IMG/VR virus record: IMGVR_UViG_3300041407_000075
Location: 26,163-90,162 of that record
Source: a virus
DNA length: 64,000 nucleotides
Reading direction: 5' to 3' (one strand)
Shown here: positions 9,773 through 19,762 of the stretch, one piece after another
Layout of the letters: every line of letters starts with the position of its first letter
How positions within the stretch are numbered: the stretch's first letter is position 1
The notes under the pieces: generated by a model
What the model saw: the letters and a program-made list of their open reading frames with translations, nothing else
What the model was told of the DNA's origin: nothing
The model's database searches: none
Made by a program: the position numbers and the translations under genes

Positions 9773-11485
9773 CTATTCCTTAATTGCAATATATGAATTG
9801 ACATCGCGTATGAACATTGCTGAATAATCAAGACCTTCCATCTCAAGTTTAGTTTCTGTCTCCCACCAGTTAACCCATTTATCATCCTCCCCAATAAGGT
9901 CAGTATCAATAATATATTCAAAACCGTCTGTATTACACATTACAATCTGCACATTACAGTGATCAATCAACTTCTCCATGAGCATACATAGCGATAACTG
10001 TCCACCGATAGTAATACTCATTGTATACGCTGGGTCATAAAGTGGGCTAAACTCGTTATTCGTTTCCCCGTACGAACCATTCAAAGCTAGTTTGAGTGCA
10101 GCGTTACCCGCTGAACCTTTTGCTGTCTTTGTGCGCTCGTCATATAGTGAAGCATTAACATCACAGAAAGTCGTACCTAAGTGTTTAGGATAAATCTGAT
10201 TTGAAATCCCCATGTTTGGATAAAAAGATTTTACATCGAGCGAACGAATCTTTCTTTTCTCTGTACTTCTAATTGTACCTTGTTTGGCGCCGTGGATACC
10301 CCCCACACCGTAGTCATATCGAAACCCATTGATTACTACGTTGAGAGTTTCTGCTACGTTCCAACACCAGTAATAGCTCTTTGCTCCTTTAGGGCTCTTA
10401 AGCTCTTTCTCTTCAATCCAACCCATCGGTTGCTCTTTCTTCAGTTCAACAAGTTGCTCTTCTTTTGGGTAGAAGGTTTTACTCCGAGTCCCTTTAAAAT
10501 CATCGAAGTCATACTTTGTACAGTCAGCTTGATTACCAAGTTTCTTTTTCTTCACCACCATTTCAGCATACTTAGCAACATCCCCCAACTGATGTTCCAT
10601 CAAATCACTGAACACACCCTTTGTCTCAGTAATAACCTGATCCTGAAACCATTTATGGACAGCTTGAAATTCAGGTCGGTCAAACTTAATGTAAGGAAAT
10701 AGACAATCTTTAATGATGATCTTATCACGCTTCGTCTGCCGGATCTTTCGACCAAACTTAGTCACTTCATAACAACAACCCGGACTCACCTTCTCAAGCG
10801 TGCGAATAAACAATTCTTTACCAATCTTCGTGTCATTAAAATTGGTACAATCAAATCCGAATTGTTTTGTAAGATCACCCCGCAGTTTAAGATTTTCATA
10901 AGAATACCAGTAAAACTTTAGTGTCTCGCTAACGTCGTGTTTGTTGTATTTCAACAATACATCTTTTTCATGATCATTAAGAATCTTTCCAACAGGGAAC
11001 GGTAAATCCTCAATATTAGGGGATCGCATGTTGTACTCAAGCATTTTTAGGGATGTAGCCCGAGCGTGGTTATCAAAATGGTGGATTTTAAACAAATCAA
11101 CCTGTGGGATAATTACATCCTTTTCCTTAATTGCACTACCAAACTTCTCATCTTTGCTTGAGTTGATCAACTTCATTGCTACATCATAAATTTGTTTTGC
11201 TGTTATCTTAAGTTTTTTATCTGTCCCATGAACAGCACGAGCTTTCTCTAGAATGAAATGAAGAACTGGGTAATCGAAGTTCAGGTTGTTAAATCCAACA
11301 AAACGATGTCCAGCACTCTTTACCTTACGGAAGAAATCAAGAAGGTCTTCTACTTCATTTTTACGATCACTAATTTCAAAGGCTCGCATACCTTTGCCGT
11401 TTGAGTAGACAGCAGCGAACGTAAAGGTATTTGGATAAGTTTCGATATCAAAAATCCAGTCCCCCTCAAAGAATTTCTTTTCCAA
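9773..11485 (-). CDS. family B DNA polymerase, N-terminal fragment (exonuclease, palm, fingers)
   Basis: FDIETY, GFNNLNFD, motif A DVKSFYP, motif B KLALNGSYG, motif C NTDG; ends RDVNSYIAIKE. Confidence 0.92.
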   Translation of the reverse strand: MEKKFFEGDWIFDIETYPNTFTFAAVYSNGKGMRAFEISDRKNEVEDLLDFFRKVKSAGHRFVGFNNLNFDYPVLHFILEKARAVHGTDKKLKITAKQIYDVAMKLINSSKDEKFGSAIKEKDVIIPQVDLFKIHHFDNHARATSLKMLEYNMRSPNIEDLPFPVGKILNDHEKDVLLKYNKHDVSETLKFYWYSYENLKLRGDLTKQFGFDCTNFNDTKIGKELFIRTLEKVSPGCCYEVTKFGRKIRQTKRDKIIIKDCLFPYIKFDRPEFQAVHKWFQDQVITETKGVFSDLMEHQLGDVAKYAEMVVKKKKLGNQADCTKYDFDDFKGTRSKTFYPKEEQLVELKKEQPMGWIEEKELKSPKGAKSYYWCWNVAETLNVVINGFRYDYGVGGIHGAKQGTIRSTEKRKIRSLDVKSFYPNMGISNQIYPKHLGTTFCDVNASLYDERTKTAKGSAGNAALKLALNGSYGETNNEFSPLYDPAYTMSITIGGQLSLCMLMEKLIDHCNVQIVMCNTDGFEYIIDTDLIGEDDKWVNWWETETKLEMEGLDYSAMFIRDVNSYIAIKE

Positions 11486-11530
11486 TGCTAAATCTCCTAG
11501 ATTGAACGGAGGATTTTAGCCCTCCTTTTA

Positions 11531-13285
11531 TTAAAAGTCAACCATGTGTGCTGGAATTTCTAGACTTTCCACCGATGGTGGCTCATCCATTAGACTTTCT
11601 TCAATATATGGATCAGAGGTCGCAAACATATGTGTAGTCGCACCATCATAACGCAACCATCCTGCGTCTCCGGTATTCCCTGTCCGACGACATTTGACCA
11701 ATTGCAGCTTAGTGGCTGACTTTTTAATCGGACAAGGGTTCATCTTATCACGGCTGATCAAAATTGTATTGAATGCAATTTGGTTCAGACTTGAGGAACC
11801 CATTAATTGATATTCAGTTACAGCGTGTGGATTCTCTTCAGAAGGCTTGCGCATGTGTGAGATAGCAACTACACAAGTATCCGTCTCCTTTGCAAACTTC
11901 AACAGTGTATCCATAAACTCAATGATTGCACCGTTATCGCTACTGTTCACACCAGCCTGAACTGGATCGATAACAATCACATCACAGTTCTCAGCCTTCG
12001 CCAGATAGTTAAGTTTATCAAAAATCTCAGCAGTTGAAATACTACCTTGATGGTCAACATAAACGAACTGATCTTTCTTTGCAAGGTTCTCAAAGAAACG
12101 ATTCTTCAGAGCTTCAATATCTACGTTCTCACGATTGACAGTCCGCAAGTTCATACCAGCGTCAAGCGACAGCAGATCACGTACAACTTCGCGTTTGGTG
12201 CCTTCCAGATACATCGCACCTACTTTAAACTGTGTGTTCTCAATGAGTGAGTAGACTACGTTGTTTACAATCGAGCTTTTACCGATAGATGTCAATGCAC
12301 CAATGATTGTGATTTCACCCTTTTCCATACCACCATTCATCATTTCATTCAAGTGCGACCAAGACGAAGGAAATGGAATCTTTACGTTATTGTCTTCACT
12401 TTCAAAATCATCCCACATTTGACTCAAGTGTAAAACATCAACCCGGCTAAATGGTGTAGCTTTCCAGAAGAGTTGTTTAAGCTCTGCTGTACGACCAGTT
12501 TTAACCATGTCAGAGGCATCTTTAACGCCTTGTGGAAGCTTTGCAATGAATGCCTTACCCGGAGTAAGGAGTCGTGCAGCTTCTTCTACATACTTCTGTG
12601 CCGATTCATCTTGATCAAACGAAAGGATTACTTTAGAAAAACTGTTAATATATTCAAAGTTAGCCTTGAATTGTTTGATAATACTACCATCACCACACGT
12701 TACGCTAACACATGGCGTCCAGTATTCTACACCATCTTTCTTCGAATAGAGAGCTTGGGCAAATGCCAGAGCATCTTCTTCTCCCGTGGTGATTACCAAA
12801 TACTTTTGACCAGCTTCAAAGACAGACTGACCAAAGAGTTCATTAGTTGCCTTAGTGCTACCAATTCCAACAAAGTCTTTAGGATTCAAACGTTTCTTAA
12901 ATCCTACAATCTTACCATCAGATGTCGATGGATAATAACGAGCTGTCACATCAAAGCCATTTTCAACTTCTGTGTGGACGCCATATTTAGTCGATACCGG
13001 CTGACCAATGCCACGTTCTTTCCAACCACGAAATGGGATTGCTTGAATGTTTGTAAAATCCACTACTTCTGACACTTTATGTTTCCCCTCTTTAATCTTA
13101 ATACCAACCTCTTCAAGTTGGTCATGATTGAAGTAATTTGTGCAAACAAAACAGAACGCATCGTTAACATGCTTTCCATCAATTTCTTTCTGATACACAG
13201 CCATACCATCTGACGACGAACAGTCATCTCCAATACAAGCAGCATGGTACAACAACTCTCCGTCTGGTCGCTCTTGTTTACTCAC
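11531..13285 (-). CDS. primase-helicase (T7 gp4-like)
   Basis: Zn finger (C..SSDG, CFVC), TOPRIM (TGEEDAL, FDQD), DnaB-type P-loop GALTSIGKS, ISHMRK, KCRRTG; GTG start at 13285 follows GGAGGGGAG. Confidence 0.93.
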   Translation of the reverse strand: MSKQERPDGELLYHAACIGDDCSSSDGMAVYQKEIDGKHVNDAFCFVCTNYFNHDQLEEVGIKIKEGKHKVSEVVDFTNIQAIPFRGWKERGIGQPVSTKYGVHTEVENGFDVTARYYPSTSDGKIVGFKKRLNPKDFVGIGSTKATNELFGQSVFEAGQKYLVITTGEEDALAFAQALYSKKDGVEYWTPCVSVTCGDGSIIKQFKANFEYINSFSKVILSFDQDESAQKYVEEAARLLTPGKAFIAKLPQGVKDASDMVKTGRTAELKQLFWKATPFSRVDVLHLSQMWDDFESEDNNVKIPFPSSWSHLNEMMNGGMEKGEITIIGALTSIGKSSIVNNVVYSLIENTQFKVGAMYLEGTKREVVRDLLSLDAGMNLRTVNRENVDIEALKNRFFENLAKKDQFVYVDHQGSISTAEIFDKLNYLAKAENCDVIVIDPVQAGVNSSDNGAIIEFMDTLLKFAKETDTCVVAISHMRKPSEENPHAVTEYQLMGSSSLNQIAFNTILISRDKMNPCPIKKSATKLQLVKCRRTGNTGDAGWLRYDGATTHMFATSDPYIEESLMDEPPSVESLEIPAHMVDF

Positions 13286-13351
13286 GCCCTTCTCCCCTCC
13301 AACACCCTGCAAAGAATATTAATCAAATTGCTTCAAGAATAGCAAGGATGT

Positions 13352-13594
13352 TCAGCCATAGATCTCTTCTTCACATTCTGAACAAATACTAATCTCACTG
13401 TCAAGAGCTTCCTTCTTACCTTCCTCAAAGGCTTCTTTCAAGTCTTGTTCACTATACATATCCTGAAAGATGTATTCAAGGAACGAATCAAGGTCGTACC
13501 CGTTACACTCAAGCAAGCCTGAATACGCGAGTGATCGCAGTTCTTCACTAGAATATTTACGATAGTCTTTAACAATGTTAATCATAGCCATCAA
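13352..13594 (-). CDS. hypothetical protein
   Basis: In-operon ORF. Confidence 0.5.
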   Translation of the reverse strand: MMAMINIVKDYRKYSSEELRSLAYSGLLECNGYDLDSFLEYIFQDMYSEQDLKEAFEEGKKEALDSEISICSECEEEIYG

Positions 13595-14562
13595 TACACC
13601 TCATAATAACTTTTAAGGGTTTCGTAGTCAACCAAGATTTCTTCACTAGCTTTGCTGAACAAGAAATTATAGTTAAACTCACAATCACGAAAGATTCGCC
13701 CATCTTGTTCTTCAGATTCCAAAAGATCCTGAATGCAAGATTCAATTTCTTTGTCTTCTTCTGTCTCAACAGTAAATTTAGAGATAGCCCATTCTACAGG
13801 CCCAAACCCATCATTCCAATCATTACGCACAGCCTCCATCGAACGTGCTAGTGCAAAGTATTTATCCTTGCTATCCAGCACTTCAAGGACATCAGACCAT
13901 TCAAAGTCATCGTCAAGATTATATTTAACCTGCAACCTCGCCTTAGCCAACACTTCTTTCTTAGCTTTCTCGGTCTTTTCTGCCTCTTGCAGCTCTTTAC
14001 GGATCGTACCCTTAAGAGTGTCAGCGTGACGCTTCAACGAGTCTTCAGCACTCTTAATTAGCGTTAACATACGGTCTTTCTCATCACTCACAGGAACATT
14101 GCGCTGCAAGTCCCCAAGGTATCCAGCAGAATGAGTTGTTGTAGTCTTTGTACGTGAACGCTGAGTCTTAAATTCTGATGTACTGTAGTTATTCGGAATC
14201 CCAATGTCCTTCATAATCTGTGTGATCTTCTCACGTACTTTCAGATTGTTTTCAATAGCTGGGATGTTGGCTTGGTGTTCTTCCAAGACTTTAGCTCGTT
14301 CTTGCTCAGCTTTGGTTAGCAAGGAAGAAAGCTTGCTTTCAACTTCCTCAATAGTTTTAGGGTCACGTTCATAATAGCTGCTGCCATATTTGAAAGCATT
14401 GCCAGCGTATGTATTAGCTACAGAAGGTGTTGTGATTTTATTCAACTTCATCACTGAAGGAATATTGCTTTCAGCTTTCTTTTCGAGGTCAGACACAAGA
14501 CCTTTCACGAATGAGAATGCTTCATCAATGTTCTTTACGTATTTCATCACTATTCCTCCCAC
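13591..14562 (-). CDS. hypothetical protein (helical, 323 aa)
   Basis: Long ORF on the operon strand. Confidence 0.75.
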   Translation of the reverse strand: MGGIVMKYVKNIDEAFSFVKGLVSDLEKKAESNIPSVMKLNKITTPSVANTYAGNAFKYGSSYYERDPKTIEEVESKLSSLLTKAEQERAKVLEEHQANIPAIENNLKVREKITQIMKDIGIPNNYSTSEFKTQRSRTKTTTTHSAGYLGDLQRNVPVSDEKDRMLTLIKSAEDSLKRHADTLKGTIRKELQEAEKTEKAKKEVLAKARLQVKYNLDDDFEWSDVLEVLDSKDKYFALARSMEAVRNDWNDGFGPVEWAISKFTVETEEDKEIESCIQDLLESEEQDGRIFRDCEFNYNFLFSKASEEILVDYETLKSYYEVY

Positions 14563-14607
14563 CCATTCAATTTATTTTCAATCTCACTTACCTGCTGCAT
14601 ATGTTTA

Positions 14608-14802
14608 TCAATCACTGTAAGTAATCACTTCTTTCCCACAATTACCACAGTTGAAACCTTTAGTGGTGCACATGCAGCCAGAAATATCACGTCCTTTGTA
14701 TAGTTCCCGTTCCTCATTGGGAAGGTACTCGTTGATGCTACCACATGCACGACAGGTTGCACGCTTATAAACTGTCTGATCTTGACCTACTACTTTAGGC
14801 AT
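14608..14802 (-). CDS. zinc-ribbon protein
   Basis: CRACG ... CGNCG. Confidence 0.7.
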   Translation of the reverse strand: MPKVVGQDQTVYKRATCRACGSINEYLPNEERELYKGRDISGCMCTTKGFNCGNCGKEVITYSD

Positions 14803-15014
14803 TATTTAACCTCCAACGTAGCATTCACTGGTGTAAAGACGTCACCTTTGTGCTCATCTTCATCATAAACTTCTCCACTGTCAAGGCATACTGTTTTATA
14901 GTCTTGTGTGAAGATCATATATTTTTGAAATCGACTAGAAATGTATACTTGACCAAATACTAAAAGCTCCCAACCAAGCTCTTTAAATTCACGACTTCTA
15001 TCATTGATATTCAT
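14802..15014 (-). CDS. hypothetical protein
   Basis: GGAG RBS; coupled to the next gene. Confidence 0.6.
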   Translation of the reverse strand: MNINDRSREFKELGWELLVFGQVYISSRFQKYMIFTQDYKTVCLDSGEVYDEDEHKGDVFTPVNATLEVK

Positions 15015-15172
15015 CCCATCTCTCCCACAGCCGCCATTCTTCGAATAACCTTTCGCTGCATAGCATTACATTAATAATTCATTCAAATTTATTTGCTTAC
15101 ATTTCTAAGCCTTTCAGTAGAGACTTTAGTCTCGTCGCATCTTGTCACATCGTTTGTGAGGGGTCAAGAGGT

Positions 15173-15523
15173 TTATTGAATCTGAGTGCTACGACCATCA
15201 TAACGAATCACTTCACCGTATTCGCCGATGCCAACATTTGCATCCGAAGGTTGACGAAGAGCTTTCTTGACAGCATTCTCAGCATTACCTACGTATTTGT
15301 CAAATTCTTTACGCAGCGCATCATACTTTTGTTTCCACTCTCTGTCAATTTCTGCATAACGGTCAGATGCTGGTGGTGTGTAGAATGCTTGACTTTCACA
15401 GTCAATTGAGATAAGCAGACCTTCTGCTATTTCATGTAATTGTTCATTTGTGACTTCAATTTTAAAGTCAGTAAAACAGTCGGACAAGTACTCTGCGTAG
15501 TAGTCAGCTTTGGAATAGCTCAT
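15173..15523 (-). CDS. hypothetical protein, first gene after the leftward promoter
   Basis: GGAG RBS; follows the promoter at 15570-15598. Confidence 0.7.
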   Translation of the reverse strand: MSYSKADYYAEYLSDCFTDFKIEVTNEQLHEIAEGLLISIDCESQAFYTPPASDRYAEIDREWKQKYDALRKEFDKYVGNAENAVKKALRQPSDANVGIGEYGEVIRYDGRSTQIQ

Positions 15524-15569
15524 TTTATTTCTCCGTTTTGTTTAGGTTGTGTCTTGCTCGATTGGCCTC

Positions 15570-15598
15570 AGTTTACACGCTCCACTCCCTGTGTCAAG
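15570..15598 (-). promoter_or_regulatory. sigma70 promoter (leftward)
   Basis: TTGACA-~17 nt-TAAACT on the minus strand. Confidence 0.75.
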
Positions 15599-15718
15599 CG
15601 ATGATTTAAAAATATTCTTCAAGGCATCTATTCAGGGAAACCTCCATGGGCAAATTCCTTTGGTAAATTCATTCAGTAGATTTGTCTACACTCTGTCAGA
15701 AGATTTTTCGAAATGTAG

Positions 15719-15747
15719 TTGACAGGGGTTGGTGATGGAGGTAAGCT
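15719..15747 (+). promoter_or_regulatory. sigma70 promoter (rightward, divergent pair)
   Basis: TTGACA-17-TAAGCT. Confidence 0.75.
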
Positions 15748-15775
15748 GTGTGGAAATCAATAGGAGGAAGGCACC

Positions 15776-15970
15776 ATGAACATTAAATTCAGAAGTAACC
15801 ACTTTCAACTGCATGGTAAACACTGGACTGACTTTGATTCTCGTTCCTTTATGGAAACCAACAAAGGCTCTGTACACGAAGCCGTCCAGCACAACATGAA
15901 TTTCTATAAACTAACTGAGAACGGTATGCTTGTACACGTTTATGATGCTTATGAGGCTGATGCCAAATGA
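15776..15970 (+). CDS. hypothetical early protein
   Basis: AGGAGG RBS after the promoter. Confidence 0.7.
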   Translation: MNIKFRSNHFQLHGKHWTDFDSRSFMETNKGSVHEAVQHNMNFYKLTENGMLVHVYDAYEADAK

Positions 15971-16149
15971 ATTATGAAGAGTTTAGAGGGTATTGTATAG
16001 GCCTTCTCTGCTGGAAAATGTCTAGGAGTACAGCAGAAAATTTGGTTGACTGGATCTTCCCAGAAGAGTATGCAGAGCTGTATGAGAAGAGGCTAACTGA
16101 TTCTGATGAATTCCTCAATTATGCCACCAAAGTATTAGGAGAATATTAA
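15967..16149 (+). CDS. hypothetical protein
   Basis: ATGA overlap. Confidence 0.6.
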   Translation: MNYEEFRGYCIGLLCWKMSRSTAENLVDWIFPEEYAELYEKRLTDSDEFLNYATKVLGEY

Positions 16150-16392
16150 ATGGCTAAGGCACTCGCAACATTAACCAGTAACGACCACAAATTTCAGGCA
16201 GGAACCGTGCTTGTATTGGAAGAAAAGACTACAGAAAAAGGCGTTACGTGGTGGTCCTTCCGTTACCCTGATGGTACGCTTGTCCATCTTAAATATCACG
16301 AATTTTCATGGGGAATTTGACAAAATGAAAAAGAAATTCAAAATAATCGACACATCTACGGGACAGAAGATTAAGCTAAAAGAGGGAGAAGA

Positions 16393-16605
16393 ATGATGAA
16401 CAACAGAATCAGTGTAGATGCCAGTACAGACAAACACTTGGCAACGTACGTATTTTACCTTGATGACGCCAACAAGCTTACAGATGTATACCTGAGTAGC
16501 ATATCGGGAAAAGGCACAAGTGGGTTTGGAGATTTTATTGATGTAAAATATGTCCCAGAAGATGTGATTAAGGAGTTCAACATTAAAGTGGATGCTCTGA
16601 AATGA
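16393..16605 (+). CDS. hypothetical protein
   Basis: GGAG RBS; ATGA overlap. Confidence 0.6.
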   Translation: MMNNRISVDASTDKHLATYVFYLDDANKLTDVYLSSISGKGTSGFGDFIDVKYVPEDVIKEFNIKVDALK

Positions 16606-16886
16606 ACAATCTTAAAGCTTGGTACGTTACACATTTACACTCAGGAAAGAAATATTCTTCTGTAGTCCTCAGTAAATCACGCTACCTTGCATCTACATAT
16701 GTTGAAGGTGAAGTTCTGAATGTGGATGAGTCTTGGGGTAAACCTATCCGAGAAGGTGGTATCATTAGTAGCAGTGGTTGGGCTATGTATTTCTTTGACA
16801 ACCACACGAAGAAGGATTATGAAGTTAGTGAAGAATGGCGACAGTATTTGATTCGTAGACATTTTGATGATGGGATTGAGGATTAA
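16602..16886 (+). CDS. hypothetical protein
   Basis: Coupled ORF. Confidence 0.6.
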   Translation: MNNLKAWYVTHLHSGKKYSSVVLSKSRYLASTYVEGEVLNVDESWGKPIREGGIISSSGWAMYFFDNHTKKDYEVSEEWRQYLIRRHFDDGIED

Positions 16887-17276
16887 ATGATGATCGAAGC
16901 AATCGTAGAAGTGTGGTGTTCACCTCTTCGCAGGGAAGATTATTCTGTAAAAATAATTCCTCTGTTCGCCGGGGAAATGTTCAACGTAGAGGATGACATT
17001 AGAGACTACATCAAGTGGGATTTCTATCTGAATACCTTTGGTGTTGACTATGCAGAAGTCAAGGGTCTGTGGAAGGTTGTGTTCAAGATTTCTGTATCAT
17101 ATAGCACCTATTATACTTATGCCGGACCAGACGATGACGTAGATATTGGGCAAGAAGTGCTGTTCAAAGGTCAGTGTCAAGAATGGGCTGAGATGAAATA
17201 CACTTGGCTTGAGTTGAATGGGAAGATTGATGAGTATTTTAGTAAGCCTTGGAAGAGGCATGTGATTGGTTTGTAG
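16887..17276 (+). CDS. hypothetical protein
   Basis: GAGG RBS; coupled ORF. Confidence 0.65.
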   Translation: MMIEAIVEVWCSPLRREDYSVKIIPLFAGEMFNVEDDIRDYIKWDFYLNTFGVDYAEVKGLWKVVFKISVSYSTYYTYAGPDDDVDIGQEVLFKGQCQEWAEMKYTWLELNGKIDEYFSKPWKRHVIGL

Positions 17277-17458
17277 GTAAATCTCCTGAAACCACCCAAT
17301 AAACAGTGAATTCAACCTTGTGTTTGGAAGGGTGGATGTGAGATTATGGTTGTCTGGATTTGAGTGCTTATTCAGATTGATCATTTTTTAACCAAAGCGT
17401 TTCCCATATAGTGTTATTGAATAGGAGATGTGTATGTGTGTAGGAGATTAGATGTAAT

Positions 17459-18799
17459 ATGACAAGAATGGAAGAGAAAGTAAGAGATTTAGAAGGAAGA
17501 GAGTTATATTCTGTTCTTATCTCTACAGCTAGAGGTAAGCCCTTTAGATCGCCTAGTGTGGTCTATAACCATTTGGTATCTCTAATAAATAAAGAATTAA
17601 AATACAAGAAGTTTGAAGCTGTAGAATGGTTCTTCACTAACACAGCAAGAGCCTTACGTGATAATTACATGGGTTTCTCTGTAAAGCTACAAGCTGTCTA
17701 TTGGACAGGGAACGATTGTGGGATCAGTATTCGTGCTATCCATTCAGTATTGGATTACATGAAAGAGAATGATTACATTTATGTACTAAAAGGCAGTCAT
17801 GATTACAGAAATGAAGACCTTTCTTACATGAGTGTAGTGAGATTTACTGAAAAACTGGTTGACCTATTCGACAAAAAGGAGCTACTATTGCACATTCCTA
17901 GCGTGTCTATGGATTACCCTATTATTTTGAAAGATAGGAAGACAAAAGAAATGATTGAAGTACAGAAAACAGGCATGGTTGAACAGATGGCAGAGGAAAT
18001 GCAGCGTTACAATCAGAGTTTGTCTGGTGTTGACGTTCGTTTTGATGGGAAATCTATCCCTTTGTTGGAATATAAGCGTAGTTTTAGTGGTGATTTCAAC
18101 AGTGGTGGGAGGTTGTTCGCTCATGGCGGCAGTATTCAGCTTGTCCCACAGGAATTACGTTTAGCTGCTATTACTATTGATGGTGAGTCTGTAGTAGAGT
18201 TAGACTATAGTGCAAATCATCCACGGATTCTGCTAGAATTTCTCTGTCAGCGTGATCAAAGTGTATTGGAGTTTGTAGGAAAGGACGTTGATCCATATGC
18301 AGCAGACAGTTCGTGCCTGAAAGTTGACACTTTGGCGATTGAAGATCATAAATTGCGTTATGGTATTACTAAATATAACCCATCTCGCTCGTTTATGAAA
18401 CATGCAGTCATGCGTGCATTAAATTGTGATAGCTTTGATAAGGCGTTTTCTAGTTTGTCGCATGAATTCTTCACAGATAGTAAGAAGAACATTGCAGATC
18501 GTGACTATGTGGGGTTGATTAAACCTGATTGTCGTCTTGTATTATCTGCAATTTGTGAGCACAACCGACTGATTGCAAATGATTTCTTTCAGGATAAAGG
18601 TATTTGGTTACAAAATCTCGACAGTGAAATTGCTTTACGTGTAATTGATTTGATGCTACAGTCTGGAGAAGTTGTACTCTGCTGGCATGATAGCTTTCAA
18701 TGTCGAGCAAGTGCTAAAGAACTATTGCATTCTGCAATGATCGAAGCTTGGAACGATGTTCTAGGCTCTAATATTTTCGTAAAGGTGGATCAAAAATGA
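17459..18799 (+). CDS. orphan polymerase of the Pol-A/T7 RNAP superfamily (TV-Pol-like)
   Basis: GGRLF...Q....R, motif A VVELDYSANHPRIL, motif B-like RSFMK, LQNLDS, motif C WHDSF. Confidence 0.7.
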   Translation: MTRMEEKVRDLEGRELYSVLISTARGKPFRSPSVVYNHLVSLINKELKYKKFEAVEWFFTNTARALRDNYMGFSVKLQAVYWTGNDCGISIRAIHSVLDYMKENDYIYVLKGSHDYRNEDLSYMSVVRFTEKLVDLFDKKELLLHIPSVSMDYPIILKDRKTKEMIEVQKTGMVEQMAEEMQRYNQSLSGVDVRFDGKSIPLLEYKRSFSGDFNSGGRLFAHGGSIQLVPQELRLAAITIDGESVVELDYSANHPRILLEFLCQRDQSVLEFVGKDVDPYAADSSCLKVDTLAIEDHKLRYGITKYNPSRSFMKHAVMRALNCDSFDKAFSSLSHEFFTDSKKNIADRDYVGLIKPDCRLVLSAICEHNRLIANDFFQDKGIWLQNLDSEIALRVIDLMLQSGEVVLCWHDSFQCRASAKELLHSAMIEAWNDVLGSNIFVKVDQK

Positions 18800-19371
18800 C
18801 TATCGAAACTCAGAAACAACTAGCTGACAAAGTGTATGAAGCACTCACTCTCATTGACCCTTCGTGCGTCCTTGCTGGTGGTGCTCCCCGAGATTGGTAT
18901 TTGGGAACAGAGGCTAATGATCTTGATTTCTACTTCTGCTCTACCGGATCAACTGTAGACCGTGTAAAGAAACAACTCAATCGTGTTGGTTTTGAAGTGG
19001 AAGCTTCAGTTTGTCCTGTGCAATCAGAGCTTTATCAATCCATGCCCGGTTTGACACGTATCTGGAATTGTGAATCTGAGACTATGAAGATTCAATTTAT
19101 TCAAATGGCTGAACCTAAATTCAGATGGGGTGTTGTTAATAATATGGATGTCAGTATCTGCAAAGCGTGGTATTCTCAGGTTGGACATATTCATTTGCAT
19201 CAAGACTTTAAACTGACCATTGCAAGTAAAATTATGTTTCTGAAAGAAAGTTATTGCTGGGCTAACAAGCATGGTCAGAAAATGAAAGAACGCTTTGAAG
19301 GTAAGTTTCACGCTGGTACGAAGGATCAAGCTACACGTTCTTTGGTGTCCAAAGTGTTGATGGAGATTTAA
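18796..19371 (+). CDS. nucleotidyltransferase (CCA-adding/poly(A) polymerase head domain)
   Basis: LAGGAPRD and DLDF motifs. Confidence 0.8.
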   Translation: MTIETQKQLADKVYEALTLIDPSCVLAGGAPRDWYLGTEANDLDFYFCSTGSTVDRVKKQLNRVGFEVEASVCPVQSELYQSMPGLTRIWNCESETMKIQFIQMAEPKFRWGVVNNMDVSICKAWYSQVGHIHLHQDFKLTIASKIMFLKESYCWANKHGQKMKERFEGKFHAGTKDQATRSLVSKVLMEI

Positions 19372-19372
19372 A

Positions 19373-19603
19373 ATGAACTGGATCAGCGTAAAAGATTCAC
19401 TCCCTGCACTAAACGTAGACGGCTCTAAAGTATTTGACAGTATTGATGTAATCGCTACAGATGGTATTCATGTCTGCACTTGTGAGTTTCAGTCTGGATG
19501 GTATTGTCAGGAGCAATGGTTTGCTTGGGGAAATTATAATCAAATCCCTAAGAGCCAGATTACACATTGGCAGTATTTGCCTAAACCACCTGTGGAGGGT
19601 TGA
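19373..19603 (+). CDS. DUF551-like protein
   Basis: MNWISVKDSLP ... ITHWQYLPKPP. Confidence 0.85.
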   Translation: MNWISVKDSLPALNVDGSKVFDSIDVIATDGIHVCTCEFQSGWYCQEQWFAWGNYNQIPKSQITHWQYLPKPPVEG

Positions 19604-19762
19604 CTGATGACTGATTCATACAGTTTTAAACTAAACCCTAACAACTTCACTCAAGTAGGAGAGACAAGATTCTTTGAAATTCAGGCAGATAAAGAATCTG
19701 TTGAGCGGTTTATAAAGGATCTTGAATTGTTTGAAAAGAAGCGTGCTGAGGAGAACGAATAA

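Noticed and set aside
9246-9775. Group I intron or intein interrupting the DNA polymerase
   Set aside because: The HNH ORF fills the whole gap, leaving no room for a ribozyme core; a stop codon and lack of splice-junction residues exclude an intein
13286-13312. N-terminal extension of the primase-helicase in the ORF track
   Set aside because: The strong RBS GGAGGGGAG lies inside it, just upstream of the GTG at 13285
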